60,044 nt of DNA from Eledone cirrhosa (taxonomy: Eukaryota): NCBI GenBank assembly GCA_964016885.1, contig CAXHJY010000594.1, forward strand, positions 1 through 60,044, read 5' to 3'. A program made the position numbers and the translations under genes. The notes under the pieces were generated by a model. It was not told the origin of the DNA. It ran no database searches and was given only the letters and a program-made list of their open reading frames with translations. Of the stretch, positions 14,999 to 29,197 are shown one piece after another (position 1 is the first letter of the stretch; each line of letters starts with the position of its first letter).

Positions 14999-15199
14999 TA
15001 CAAGTGTGGCTGAAAAGTTATTAGGCTGACCATGAAGGAGTGATGTTAGAGCTGTGAAATCTTGTACACATTAATTTCAACTCTACTTATTAATAATTGC
15101 ATTATTTCTTTTCGGGGACTATGTTGTACAATACACCTCAATTGGTCATTCTATGAGAGCATCCTCGACTGCCTATGAGTTTTTAAGCCGACCCTCGTA
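14999..15199. mobile_element. Tc1/mariner-type MITE
   Basis: Left TACAAGTGTGGCTGAAAAGTTATTAGGC versus right reverse complement TACGAGGGTCGGCTTAAAAACTCATAGGC. TA at both ends. Confidence 0.55.
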
Positions 15200-16159
15200 T
15201 TAAGGTATGTTAGACAGGTTGATAATATACTTTTTATTGAAGGTGTAGGGTGCTGAAGCGCACAAAATAACTGCAATTACAATCAGTTGCTCTAAAATAG
15301 CTTATAAAAATCGGGTAAAACCTTCAGAGACGGAAAAAGCTGGTGTCAGCGGCCGCTACGTGGAATCGAATTTCGTATATCTCAGATAATCGCTGAGTGC
15401 TCTCAACCATTGAACTAAGAGACCTCTGGAAACATCTTACCGTTTACATTAAGGAGTTGAATCAAACGGTTTTTTTTTAAATTAACAAATATCATGTGCG
15501 AAGCTCGAACTTTTGAATTTACCAAGCGCCAAGGGAATAAATTTATAGATATTATAGGATTCTCAACCACACCACCTGGTTCTTCGGATACCTTTATCAT
15601 TGTCCACTCTGCTATAAACATTCTGGCCAGGTTTCTGTTTGAGGATATCTTCCTCACACCCTCCTTCTTACATGTCTCAAAGATTCTGCCCTTCCCCATT
15701 TGATTAAACAATGAAAAGCACTCTAATTTTGAAATATAATATAGCTGGCATATATTATTCAATGTGATCCGTGTTGCTTAAAATCATCCAAACTTGACAC
15801 TTTGAAGGTATAAGAGTCCATGATATTCAATTCGTGTTACAACGTCTTTTCTTTTTTTATTTTTACTGGATTGAGCCATCGAACTCCTGTTAAGAAGGAG
15901 CAGTGCAGTCAACGTTTATATTCAATTCTAATGGCCCACAACACATTCTATGATATTTATTTCACCGTCGTCCTACAATACAAAATACAAAGTGGATACT
16001 GACAATACTGTAGAGTATTCCTGTTAGGTTTGAATCTAACATGTTCTCATGTAGTGCTTATATAAACACTGACTCACAGGAACTCATAGCTAAAGCACCA
16101 GCATCCACTCTCAAACATAGAATCCAAGACGGGAAAACGCCCGTCTCTCTCTCTGTCTG

Positions 16160-16277
<118 letters not shown>

Positions 16278-16549
16278 AGCATTGATCGTAAATATATTAT
16301 ACATCTCATTATGAAAGTTTCCTTCCATTTTTGTATTGAAATTTAACTCTGAACATCCTGTACCACATGAAACCGCATTAGAAAGATATCCTGAAAAGTT
16401 CAAAATAGTACTATGTCTGGATCACATTAAAAATCCTACACATTTTCACAATGATCTGTCTACTAGTAAAGATACTAACATTTTTGACTTGACAAACCTG
16501 ATTTTCGATATGTTCTATTAAATCTTATCAAGATGTTAAGAATTAATGA

Positions 16550-16832
16550 CTTCTCCGAATTGAGAGATCACAGCTCCGATACTATGGGCATGTGGTTAGA
16601 ATGTCTCATGAAAGAATCGCTGGACAGATTTTATGGGAAAAACCAACCGGCAAAAGACCTAGGGGTAGACCCCGAGCAAGATCGTTGGATATCATCCATG
16701 AGCTTGGCTGGTCACGTTTGGGGATCCAGCCGGATCAGTTGGAAACGGTTGTTTCTGACAGGACCCACTGGGAGGAGTGTTTGAGAACTCTGCCCCACGA
16801 ACCTCTTAGGTATAAGTGGGTGAAGAAGAAAT
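16550..16832 (+). mobile_element. RTE-clade (Rex3/Expander-like) 3' fragment
   Basis: ORF 16592..16834 VRMSHERIAGQILWEKPTGKRPRGRPRAR...LGWSRLGIQPDQLETV, followed by a short GAA tail. Confidence 0.85.
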
Positions 16833-16856
16833 AGGAAAAGATAAGAATTAAAGACA

Positions 16857-17377
16857 CTAGCAGAAAAACCACACTTCGGGTGGTTTTCTGCTAGCATGTG
16901 TAGTGTGTATATATATATATGTAGAGTATATATATATGTAGATACATCAAATAACATCGTAATTGACAATATAAACAGAAATTGAACGAAGACGTTGTTA
17001 CACTGTCTTATGTAATCAGTAACGTAATCCATGATACATTTAAAAAAGACGATATTATATATAAACTGCATTAGGAGAAAATTAGTATGTTTATTTAAGT
17101 GATCGCCACAGGAAGTGTTGACATCACACACTCTCTCTTTCTATATATATGGTAGTTGAAGTGGTGGTGGGGGCAACGATATACCAGAAGTGTAACTTTG
17201 AAAAGAAGTCAATTTTAAATTATTTATTTTTACGAAATTATTTTTGTTTACGAAATTTAGTAGATAAATTATGTAATATTCATTCATTATTTATTCAAAG
17301 TAATCCAACTTATTTTACTAACGGGATAAAAACAAACCGTACGCAGTCCCGCAGACCTTCCTTTATTATAGTTTAGA
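16857..17377 (-). mobile_element. Helitron-like non-autonomous element, family H1
   Basis: Minus strand reads A|TC(17377)...hairpin-CTAG(16857)|T with no TSD. Homologous to 5188-5712. Confidence 0.7.
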
Positions 17378-17640
17378 TTATAAATTTACCTGACCTAAAC
17401 GAATGTATTGATGTTCTTGTTTGCATTTATATCCAGGTCTGTCCTGGTGGAACATAATTATCCTATCATTGAAGGCATTCCAACCAAGACTATACCGAGT
17501 CGTTTCTTTTTTAATTCTATTCGGGACTATAATATTTAATATCTTTTGTATAGCATGGTAGTGTTTAGTTTTGAGGGCGATTTGGCTACTATATCTATCA
17601 GATAGAACGGCTTCAGAAACATTTTTTCTTATAGATTATA

Positions 17641-17779
17641 CTAGCAGAATAGCCCGGCGTTGTTCGGGAGTTGCTCTAGGGTTCTTATATATTTGATATA
17701 TATTTATCCTTATTGAGCCTCGTGAAATAAATACGTTTGTTTATATTTTGTTATTGTGTATCCAAAAATATCTGTACAC

Positions 17780-17859
<80 letters not shown>

Positions 17860-18289
17860 CAGATTAAAGTTTAAGCAAAGAATCGCTGCTTTCAACCTTA
17901 AACGGGATGTTCTGAAACTAAAAAAAATCAATCTGTGAACACAGAAGTAAATATTTCGAAAAACGTTACACACTGTATATATATATATACACACACACAC
18001 ACACAGCTACGTCATAATATCGTAATGCAGACAGCGAGACATACAGACAGATATTATAAGGGCACAACGTTATATCTATGTATCTATCTAAAAAGAAAGA
18101 CTAAGAATTATAGAGAGAGATCGCTAAATCGCCTAATGCGATCCCTAGGGCATTGAAATTTTGAAATATTTTTTGTTCACAGGACCATAAGTATTACATG
18201 TGTAAAGTTTGAAAACAATCGGTTGGGTGGTTCTCGAGTTTTAGGGAGTCAGACAGACAGACATACATTCTCTGTTTTATACATATAGA
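17641..18289 (-). mobile_element. Helitron-like non-autonomous element, H2 terminus
   Basis: Minus start TCTATATGTATAAAA followed by (TCTG)n. Minus end CCCGAACAACGCCGGG-CTATTCTG-CTAG|T. Confidence 0.7.
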
Positions 18290-18467
18290 CTAGCAGAAAA
18301 CCACCCACCAGGTGGTTTTCTGCTAGTCTATATATATATTACACACACAGAAATGTATATATATTTCTGTGTGTATATATATATATATATTACACACACA
18401 GAAATGTATATATATTTCTGTGTGTGTATATATATATATTACACACACAGAAATGTATATATATTTC

Positions 18468-18502
<35 letters not shown>

Positions 18503-18985
18503 TACACACACAGAAATGTATATATATTTCTGTGTGTGTATATATATATATATATATATTACACACACAGAAATGTATATATATTTCTGTGTGTATATAT
18601 ATATATTTCTGTGTGTGTATATATATATATATATATATTACACACACACAGAAATGTATATATGCTTCTGTAGCACTCCTCAATTCCCCCCTCTCTCCCT
18701 CCCGCTATCCCCCTCTCGTAGTCTGTTTCTTTCTTTCACTCTCACTCTCTCTCTCTACGCGTGCGCAAAAAACATTCGCACGCGCGCACGTGTTTTAGCG
18801 TCTATTCACTCTCTCTCTCTCCCTCTCTCCCTCCCGCTATCCCCCTCTCGTAGTCTGTCTCTTTCTTTCACTCTCACTCTCTCTCTACGCGTGCGCAAAA
18901 AACATTCGCACGCGCGCACGTGTTTCCACTGTCGGACAGACAGACAGACAAACAGAGAAATTGCTGGTTATATATTATAAGGAGA
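18290..18985 (-). mobile_element. Helitron-like non-autonomous element, H1-type terminus, with internal minisatellites
   Basis: Minus start A|TCTCCTTATAATATATAA followed by (TCTG)n. End palindrome at 18290-18326. Contains about 7 hairpin units (18335-18660) and a duplication of about 120 bp (18690-18925). Confidence 0.65.
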
Positions 18986-19302
18986 TAAGACTTCCAATCC
19001 AAATTGTCGTTACGCTACTCCACGGAGGCGTAATATATACGAACCTAAACGGACTGAGTGGTATTCTTGTTTAAATGGAGGGGAAATACGAAAGCAAAAG
19101 TGTGTATAGGATCAATGATATATAAAAAAGTAAGGAATGTGTACTTTGAAAGTATTATGAAAAGAAATTGGCAAAATATGAAGGGGAAGGACAGGAATAA
19201 TATTATTGCCTCTATTAACATGTTTGCAATACCAACTATTCTGCACAGCATTGTATTATATAAATTGGAACCTACCAGAATTATACCCAGTAGTTTTACA
19301 CC

Positions 19303-20208
<906 letters not shown>

Positions 20209-20689
20209 CACCACAATATACATTCACTAGATGTATATTCCGCTGAGAATAAGTGGCACAGCACTTGTGTGTATCATCATAGGGCAGTTTTAAGATGGCG
20301 ATTATGAATGTTACGCATTATCTTTCAGACAGCCATGGACAACCCTCCTTCGTGCTGTGTTAGAATACGATCGAGTCCAAGGTAATAAAACCCTCATCAG
20401 AGCAATAACGAAATTCTCACCAGAAATTGGATTAGATTTTGAACAGCTAAAATCTAACACTAAGGCAGTGATTCAAATGGTGATAAACATGTCACATGTA
20501 TTGTCCATAGATGAAGAGACATGAAATCCTGCTTTTACATCACAAATATTTACTGTTGTAAGTTGAATTAATGCTGCAAATATATATAAATATAAAAAGT
20601 AATTTGTTGTATAAGCACCGAAGTATTTTTCGTATGTATATATACGTCAGCAAATATAAACCAATATATATATATACACGTGTAGGCGT

Positions 20690-20977
<288 letters not shown>

Positions 20978-21197
20978 AATGGAATAGAATGGCACCGAAA
21001 ACAATAAATGGAATAGAATGAAACGAAATTTCATTTCTCACTCTTAGTACGGCACTTACTTAAATGTAAGTATGTATGTATGTACGGTGCGCCCAGCCGA
21101 CTGATCTCACTCGATATGCAAATTAGGCTGCTCAGCCGTTAATATGCATAAGGAAAGTATACACTTTCAGACGTTCAACCATCTGGCAGGAAGGTAT

Positions 21198-21240
21198 ACG
21201 ATGCTGACGATAGCTAATAAGCTTGAAACTAGTACATCGT
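21198..21240 (+). ncRNA. Minimal type I hammerhead ribozyme motif (Penelope-like)
   Basis: ACGATG-CTGACGA-TAGCT(AATA)AGCTT-GAAA-CTAG-TA-CATCGT: perfect 6-bp stem I, intact core, palindromic stem III and GUA triplet. Confidence 0.85.
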
Positions 21241-21444
21241 TCCTGTGTCAGTGTTGAACAAAAAGGTGACGTGGTTGCCTAAACACTGTACGGTGTAATT
21301 CGGGCTGTTTGTTTGTTTACAAACAAACAAACCGAGCATTATAATAAATGTTCGGTAAACCGATACGTGCATATATATATATGTGTGCATGTATGTATAT
21401 ATATACATACTACTGTACGTCTGTATACATATATGTATGTACGT

Positions 21445-21516
<72 letters not shown>

Positions 21517-21654
21517 AATCAAACTCCTTTCTAGTAGCACGTAGCCTGCCATAGTCCACTTTGCTGCTGGTCAATTGTCACGTGACAATCCTTTCATTCG
21601 AAATCTTCATTGACAACGAATGGCTGGGAATTCTTGTCTTTCAAGACAGAGAGA

Positions 21655-21732
21655 GTCTCCTGATTATTTAGGATTTCTCGCGATATTCTACTCAGAATTT
21701 CATTATTTTCCTAATGAAACTGCTGTAGGGAC
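21655..21732 (+). ncRNA. Degenerate hammerhead ribozyme motif
   Basis: GTCTC-CTGATTA-TTTAGGA...TCCTAAT-GAAA-CTGCTG-TA-GGGAC, with one core substitution (CTGATGA>CTGATTA). Confidence 0.65.
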
Positions 21733-21815
21733 ATTAAAGTGAGTAAGGAAAGTTTTTTTTTCTTAACTTGTTTGCTTTCCCCATATTTTATATCGTTTCT
21801 ACATATTGTATATAT

Positions 21816-22340
21816 AATGTATAATAAACAATACAATATAATTACCTCATTACCAGAGGTTTCCCGAATAAGACGAATACGAAAGAAACGTCCTCATTCG
21901 TTCGTCGGACAAGGCAATATATCAAAGCTTTCCATCTCATTCTTTTAACAACCTTCTCTACTTTGTCTATCAGCATTTTCGTGTAGAAAGTGTTAGAAGG
22001 TGTTGGGATATTCTTGATAGAGTAATCCAAAGGGTATTTACCCATGTTCAGTATTGGTTTAAAATCCTATTGACTGAAGAGTGCTCGACTTTAAAAGGGC
22101 TGGAAGGTGCCAATCTCATAAAAATGTAGAATATGCTGCGATCATTCCCTTGGGAGCTGTATAAGTATTGAAGTTTCCGTTGAAAATTGAAAAAGTCATA
22201 GGAGTGAAGAGTGCTCTATGTAAGTACCAGAGCAAAATTTAATGTATAATAAACAATACAATATAATTACCTCATTACCAGAGGTTTCCCGAATAAGACG
22301 AATACGAAAGAAACGTCCTCCCCATTCGTTCGTCGGACAA
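21816..22340. mobile_element. Penelope-like element remnant: direct repeat of about 97 bp flanking the ORF N-terminus
   Basis: 21816-21912 is repeated at 22240-22340. Minus ORF 21842..22045 YSIKNIPTPSNTFYTKMLIDKVEKVVKRMRWKA resembles, from recall, Naiad-type PLE N-termini. Partial hammerhead halves (CTGAAGAGTGCTC-like) near 22075 and 22204. Confidence 0.65.
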
Positions 22341-23474
22341 GATATATATATATATATATATATACCACAATTCGACCAATCCGCCACAATTGCCATACTT
22401 TATTTTATCAAGTCCGAAAGGAAATGATGGATGGCAAATTTGACCCCACCGAGATTGGAACTTGGAACGCAAACAACCAGAGAACGTACATCATGACGTC
22501 AGGTCAGACGTTTAAACAATTCTCCCAATTAGTAACTGCAAATGCTACAATGAGAAATCTAAATATGATCAGTGGTTTTAATATGATATTTCATAACCAC
22601 TCAGATGTGTTCAACCCCTTGTATAAATAGTCAAAGATTGAGCCTTGATATAATCGCTCAGTGGTCTATAAAAAATAGCAGCCACATTCCCATCAAATCA
22701 CCACCTGTGTAGAAGAACGTTATTGCCGCTATTTTGTAGAGGAATTTAGAGAAGAAATTAGAAATTTAGCTGACCTTACCCCAGACATGCCAACCTCTAA
22801 AAACCAAAGCAGGGAGTACCATGTAAAAAGGTGCCCCAAAACAGGGAGAAATGAGGGTAAATGGGGAGATTTTATATAATGAAAGCTATACCCATTTTCA
22901 CAAGAGAAGACATATCTCACCTATCCCAAAGTGGGTGGGTGATCTCCCCGTCGGAAGGGGAGAATTGACAGGTCTGTTACCTAGATTTATTGTTCTTGTT
23001 ATTCTTTATGTCCAGGCCAACCCTTGTTGAGCTGACCTATTATCAAGAGCATTCCAGACACGAACATTCTGCACTTTTTAATTAGACAGTGTGTATCCAG
23101 GACTACGTTGTATGATGTTATAAGATGTTATAAGAGTGTGGCTTTGATGTTTCATAATTTCTCAGATCTGTGAAACTTAGTAGTCGTTGAATTGGACATC
23201 CGTCAGTTGTTCTAGTTATTCGAGCAATGGAACAGCTGACTAGTGAAATTAACATGTAAGTGTTTGAGTATTCTAGACACAAATACTCTTAACGTAAATC
23301 AACGTGACGCAGTGTGACTAGTCTGGGCATTTGAATTACAGACTATAGTAAATGATACCTACCCAAGGTGCCAGATACTGGGATCGAACTCGAAACATTG
23401 AAGCGAACTTCAGTAACATGCTGTCAGATAATCTGTTTGTCGGTCAGTCGGGTTTTCTCTACCTGTCTCTCTGT

Positions 23475-23628
23475 AATAAAGCCAGCAATTGTGGGGGAGG
23501 GGAAAGTCAATTAAATCGACCCCAGTGCGTGACTGGTACTTTATTTTATCGACCTCATAAGGATGAATGGCAAAGTTAACCTCGGCGGGATTTGAACTCA
23601 GATCATAAAGGGCCGTAACTCTATGCTG
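23475..23628 (-). mobile_element. tRNA-derived SINE, truncated
   Basis: Core and B-box in reverse. Flanked by tctgtaataa on both sides. Confidence 0.85.
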
Positions 23629-23811
23629 TGTGTCTGTAATAATGTGAACAATGACAATAACAATGAGCTCACGATGGAATCTCTATAGTGCCACTCCATC
23701 TGTTAAAAATAGCAGCTAAAACACACCCTAAGAACAGAAAAAATATTATTGCCGCTACTTTGTTTATAATATGAAGCATTGCGTATAGCAATGCATTACT
23801 AAATTGAAACG

Positions 23812-24000
23812 AGAGCGGTGAATTGACAAAATCGTTAATGTATCAAATGAAAGGCATTATAGTATTTTGTTACAACCCTCTATGTTCTGCTTTCAAATCC
23901 CGCCGAGGTCAAATTTGCCTGTCATCCTTCTGGGGTGGAAGGAATTACGTACCAGTTAAGTACTGGGGACCGTATAATCGACTTTTCCCTTCCACCAAAT
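23812..24000 (+). mobile_element. Degenerate tRNA-derived SINE
   Basis: gcggtgaattgac...ttcaaatcccgccgaggtc...gtaccag. Confidence 0.7.
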
Positions 24001-24284
24001 GTAAGAAAGCGTTATTAAATTGGTACGAAGATTCTAGAAATAAAGTTTCATGCATAAAGCAAACAGGCTTTCATCGGTTATATATTCTGCTAAGAAAAGA
24101 CCACATTGGATAATGTATATCTAGGTACTCATCAGTAAGAAGCTAAACAACAACTACTAATATGAAGCTGCTAAAAGAGCTAATATGGCCGACTTGCTAG
24201 TAATTATAGCCAAATCTCTCTCAAGTCACATACCACCGTCATATAGAAGGAATTTAAGACAATGATCATCTGCCATTATCGTTG

Positions 24285-24645
24285 CAGCAAAGAGTTACGG
24301 CCCTTTATGGTCTGAGTTCAAATCCCGCCGAGGTTAACTTTGCCTTTCATCCTTACGGGGTCGATAAAATAAAGTACCAGTAATACACTTGGATAATTGC
24401 TGGCCTTGTGCCAATAGTAGAAACAATTATCATTGGTGGATTGGCAGTATCGGTAGAGTCGGACACCCTGCTTTGCAGCATAGGGTTACGATCCTTTACG
24501 GTCTGAGTTCAAATCCCGCCGAGGTTAACTTTGCCTTTCATCCTTACGGGGTCGATATAATAAAGTACCAGTAACGTACTGGGGTCGATTTAATCGACTT
24601 TCGCCTCCCCCAAATTACTGGCCTTGTGCCTATACTAAAAATCAT
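24285..24645 (+). mobile_element. Head-to-tail SINE dimer (short plus long subtype)
   Basis: Two cores joined through ATTATCATT. Flanked by cattatcgtt on both sides. Confidence 0.9.
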
Positions 24646-24844
24646 TATCGTTCTAATGCAGTGACAGACGTCTATAATCTTTCTCCAGCCATTTCATGAT
24701 AATTGTGGTCTCGTGGTCGGGTGATTAGCTCTTGCGATATAAGAAGGATTTGAAATCTTAGACAGTGTTTGAACTAAGAACACCAAGTGGCAGAATAGAC
24801 AACACAAGGTGTCTCACCCTACGCTCTAACACATTTCCAAATCC

Positions 24845-24970
24845 ATCGACCCCGAAAGGACGAAAGATAAAGTTGACTTCGGTAGTATTTGAACTCAGAA
24901 TGCAGAGATCCAGGAGAAATACTACATAATTTTCTATCCGATGCTCCTACGATTTTGCCAATTCACCGCC
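24845..24970 (-). mobile_element. Degenerate SINE 5' half
   Basis: atcgaccccgaaagga...tttgaactcag...gccaattcaccgcc. Confidence 0.75.
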
Positions 24971-25549
24971 TAGGTAATATACTACGCCAGAGAAAACGTA
25001 GGAATGGACATTGATCAATGTGTTTGCTGAATCAGATTTGGCATGGGGCTAGAATACAACAAGAACAGCAACATAAATTTAGAGAAAACAAAATCGACAT
25101 AGTTTTACATGATAAAAATGCAACAGAGAATTTTAACAACCGACATATTACGTTAATTCACACGTCTGAAATTATGTCTCCACAAATATTGAGATGTGAA
25201 AGCGTAAATCTGAGGTGATAAAGACTGAGACAGACATAATTTCAGAACAGAATAAATTATTACATACATGTAAATTATGATTGTTATTAATTTGATTGGA
25301 ATGGAAATGAAGTTGCTTTTGTGAAATCATGGACAGATTGCAAATGTTTAGATATTGACAGTTCGAGAATATAGAAATATATGTTCCGAGCTACAGACCA
25401 TTTCCGAATTTTGCACATTTGCATATATTTCTTCCAAGACGTTTTACTAGTAAGAATTTATTCATATAAGAAAACAGCAGGTTCTCATTTATCTTACTCG
25501 CTTTGGAATAATATAGTAAAAAACAAAACAAAAAAAAAACGGTTTTTAT

Positions 25550-26037
25550 TTTAAGGACAATGCCAATAATTTGAAGGAGGGGAAAGTCGATTATATTGCC
25601 CCCCCACCCCGTATTTATCTGTCAGGATGAAAGGGAAAGTAAGCCTCGGTGAGATTTGAACCCGTAAATTTAAAATACGAAACAATTACCGCAAGGCATT
25701 TTATTTGACGTGCTAACGATTCTGCCATTCCACCGTCCCAAATAACAACAACAACAACAACAAAAACAATAATAATAATTGTTTCTACTTTTGGCACAAG
25801 GCCAGCAATTAACCAGTGTATTACTGGTACTTTATTTTATCGACCCCGTAAGGATGAAAGGCAAAGTTAACCTCATAAAACAATAATAATAATGATCTCT
25901 GATTTAGACACAAGGCCAGCAATTTCTTTTTTTGTGGTGGGGCAGTCGATTAAATCGATCCCCAGTACGTGACTGGTACTTTATTTCATCGGCCCCTTAA
26001 GGATGAAAGGCAAAGTTAACCTCGGCGGGATTTGAAC
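25550..26037 (-). mobile_element. Three head-to-tail SINE copies joined by (AAT)n
   Basis: Copies at about 25550-25738, 25770-25875 and 25890-26037. Confidence 0.85.
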
Positions 26038-26129
26038 ATATATTGCTGTGTTATCTTTGTTGTTGCCATTGCAGCTGTTGTGGCAGTCGCTGCTGCTATT
26101 GCTTTGGACGATTCCTGTGGTTTCGGTGC

Positions 26130-29100
26130 CTACGCCACTACTGCCAGATGTGTACCATCCAGGAGGTCAATCATCTCAGGGATGGAGTCCAGGGATTGTT
26201 GGTCAGTTTGGATGAGGTGCACCATCCTCATTCCGGGCGAGCTTTCCTTCCACCCCTTATGGACTTCGAAGATAGTGGTTCGATCCCCGATGTTGATTGC
26301 AGTAAGATGTCATGAAGATCACATCGTTCTTCAAAGTGTAATTTCCCCTCTTCCACTGCAACGTATCCGAATTTTCCCCTTCGAATTATCAGGATTTTCA
26401 GTTCCAACTTACAGCCATGGGCCTTTTGGGTGTTTGATTCTAGGGTGCGTTCAACATTCTGTCTTATACGTAATTGTGAGGAAACGTAACTCCTCAATTA
26501 CTTCTAAGGTGGACAGGGTGACTTTGTGACCGTTTTTTAAAACTGGTTGAGTAGCTTACGCGTCTAATTTTCTAACTAGTTCCCCCTCTACTCTATATTT
26601 CTCTTTTGCTAGCGCCTTACTGAACCTAATGGATTCTATTCTAATCGCCCTTTTTAAGGCGAACCACCATTTGTTGTTGACGATGCCCCTGTTACGCCCG
26701 CTTAACTAATCACTAATCCTGTCTCTGTAGACTTTGTGTTCCGTGAGCGACGCGTTTAGCTTCCAGTAGCCGGGTCCCTGTCAATGAAACCTTTCTAAGT
26801 CGACCACACAGATCACAAATTTGTGCTCTGTGTAGTCAACTATCTTGAATTGTGGACAACCTATGCTAGAACATCTATTTCCTTACAAAATACCCTATCT
26901 AGATACGATCTGGATGACTCGATGCGGTTTGTCCATTTCTACATTGGCGCATTCAGGAAATCCAATCGGTATCTGCCAGACAGTTGCAAATATCTAAGTA
27001 GTTTGCAAGGTTTTACATCCCTCCCCCATACGCTAGTCCCACACAGTCCCAGTGGGCACCCAAGATCCCGTTCAAATCGCCCACTAACATTAAAGAGCGA
27101 GACGTTCGTGGGACGTTCCTGAAAAAATCAGGCCATCCTGCACATGTCGGGCATAAACAGCCTTTAGCCTGAAAGCATAGCCTTCACTGCTGGTCACGTC
27201 CAGCATCACCGACTTACCTTCTGTATCTAGGAAGATAGCCTGTATCAAGAGATCCAGGCCTTTCCGAATCAATACAGCAACTAAACCTCCAGATGCCGGA
27301 CGGCTGGTAGATGGGTACACCTCGTAGCCACCGAAAATGGGTGCGAAAGCTTTTGTCCCTGAAATTCTGGTCTCGATGATGGCCACATCTATGTTCATTA
27401 ATCTGAGGTCGTTTAGCAGGTGACTGCTTCCACGACAACTCCCATGCCAGGTGTGTTTACGTTTCTTATTCTGAGTAAGGCCATGTTGAAAAAGAGTAGG
27501 AACAGGTGGGAAAGACCATTTACCTCAGTTCTGTGGAGGAAGGGTGGTTCCTCCATCCTTCTGGCTAATTGTGGCCCTCTCCGCAAGGACGTCTTTGTAT
27601 ATTTTTCTGGAGAGGGTTTCACGGAAATCTCCATGTCATTGGCATGTCTTCCATAGACGTTGGTGCTGGTTGTGGTGTGGTGAATTGTGGTGGCGCTAGT
27701 GTTGTTTCTGGAGTGTTGGTACACTTGCTACCGTTGCTGCTGTTGTTGTTGGTCGAGCCAGTAAAGGAAGTGGCGTAGACAAGAGTTGTGGCTTTAATTT
27801 TTGGTCAACTTCTTGGAGCAAAAGGCCTTTAGGTGGGTTTCAGTCCCCACACACGTGACACCTTGGCCTTCTACTCTCGACGGCCACGGTGAGGTGGCTG
27901 CTGTCGTCGAGGTCTATTACTTTTGAAATTTCTTGGATGTTCTTCTAGTCCGTTTGGACCAGGAGCTCCATTCCTGATCCGGACCAGTTTTGTTGTTTTG
28001 TTTTAATATTCTCAAGAATTTTGGTGTCGTCCTCAATGTCAGTAGTCATCATCAGGGAAATGCTATTGCCGGTGGAAACTGAGTTACTCGCACTCTTGCG
28101 AGCCTTTGACCGCAGCAGCTTGTGACCAGAATGAGATTATCACTCCTTAGTGGTTTCATGGAGTGTTCTTTGGCTTCCTGTGGGGGTTACAAAGAACACG
28201 TCCATGGTTCCATATTTTTTCCACGCGTGATGTGCGTTTTTTGAGCCCACACATGTCTCAAAGCCTTTTGTATCTGGGATTCCGATGCCCGCTCCATCCG
28301 GAGTGTCTTTATGCTAATTGTACGATATGATACCGTATATAGCCGCCGGTGTTCCATGATGTTATATGGAGGAGTAAAGCTGACACTGTATCCATTTTTT
28401 TACCATTCTCCTGGCCTCATCCATTTCGTCGTGGGTCACCGTGACCTTTTGATTTTTGTTTGCAGCTCTCGAAAAAGAGACGTTTGGTCTTGCGTTGCTG
28501 TTGCTGTTGTTGTTATTCTTACTGTTTCTGTTGTTGCTGTTGTTGTTATTGTTGTTGCCATTTGCGTTGCGTTCTTGTCGGCGTTACTGTTATTTTTAAT
28601 GTTTGCTTGGGTTATATTTATTGTTGCATTGCTGGTGGTGTGGCTGTTATTGATATTGTTATTCATGTTGTGGTTACTGTTATTGCTGTCCATGTTCTTA
28701 TTTTTTGTGTTCTCACAGTTGTCTGTGTTGCTTTTAATTTTTGTTTGTTTGTTGTTGTGGTTGTGTTAGTGGTATTGGACATACTTGCTGGCATTGTGGT
28801 GTCATTATGGCGAGTTCACATAGGTAAATATTGGCAAAGGTGGAAAATCTATTTTGTTAGCAGTTGCTGCACAGGATAAATTTTGGATATCGTTGTTGTT
28901 GTTGTCAACGATGCTGTCTCTAGTGTTGGCAATGGTAGAAAAGTGTACAGTGGTGGTAGTGGGAGCGGTGTCAACATTAAAGCCGTTGTCACGTGACAGC
29001 TGGCTTAACTCTGGGGGATGTATTCCATCCATATATTTTGAGAAAAAAATTTGCTTGAAAGATTAAAGCTCAAATATTTGGGCGAAGGCCCAAATATTAT

Positions 29101-29197
29101 TGAGTGTCATTTTTAGGGAGCAATATATATGAATTTATCAGCAGTTAACAACAAAGCTTTCGGAGCTCACAAGCTCACAATAACATGTCTTCACATA
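26130..29197 (-). mobile_element. Older Tx1-like retrotransposon (5' UTR, ORF1, APE and linker; 3' part missing)
   Basis: APE motifs DVAIIETRISGT and LKAVYA, and a GPGYWKLN-type stretch near 26755-26780. Frameshifted CCHC knuckle CHVCGD..THLKAFC near 27815-27860. 5' UTR hairpin shared with the full copy. Confidence 0.85.

Noticed and set aside
19045-19115. Possible hammerhead CTGAGTG-GTATT...AATAC-GAAA
   Set aside because: Two core mismatches and no convincing stem I or III.
20345-20410. Minus-strand CTGATGA followed by a short stem
   Set aside because: There is no GAAA after the stem.
28311-28879. Hydrophobic or Cys-rich plus-strand ORFs resembling membrane proteins
   Set aside because: They are antisense readings of the (AAC)-rich Tx1 ORF1 region.
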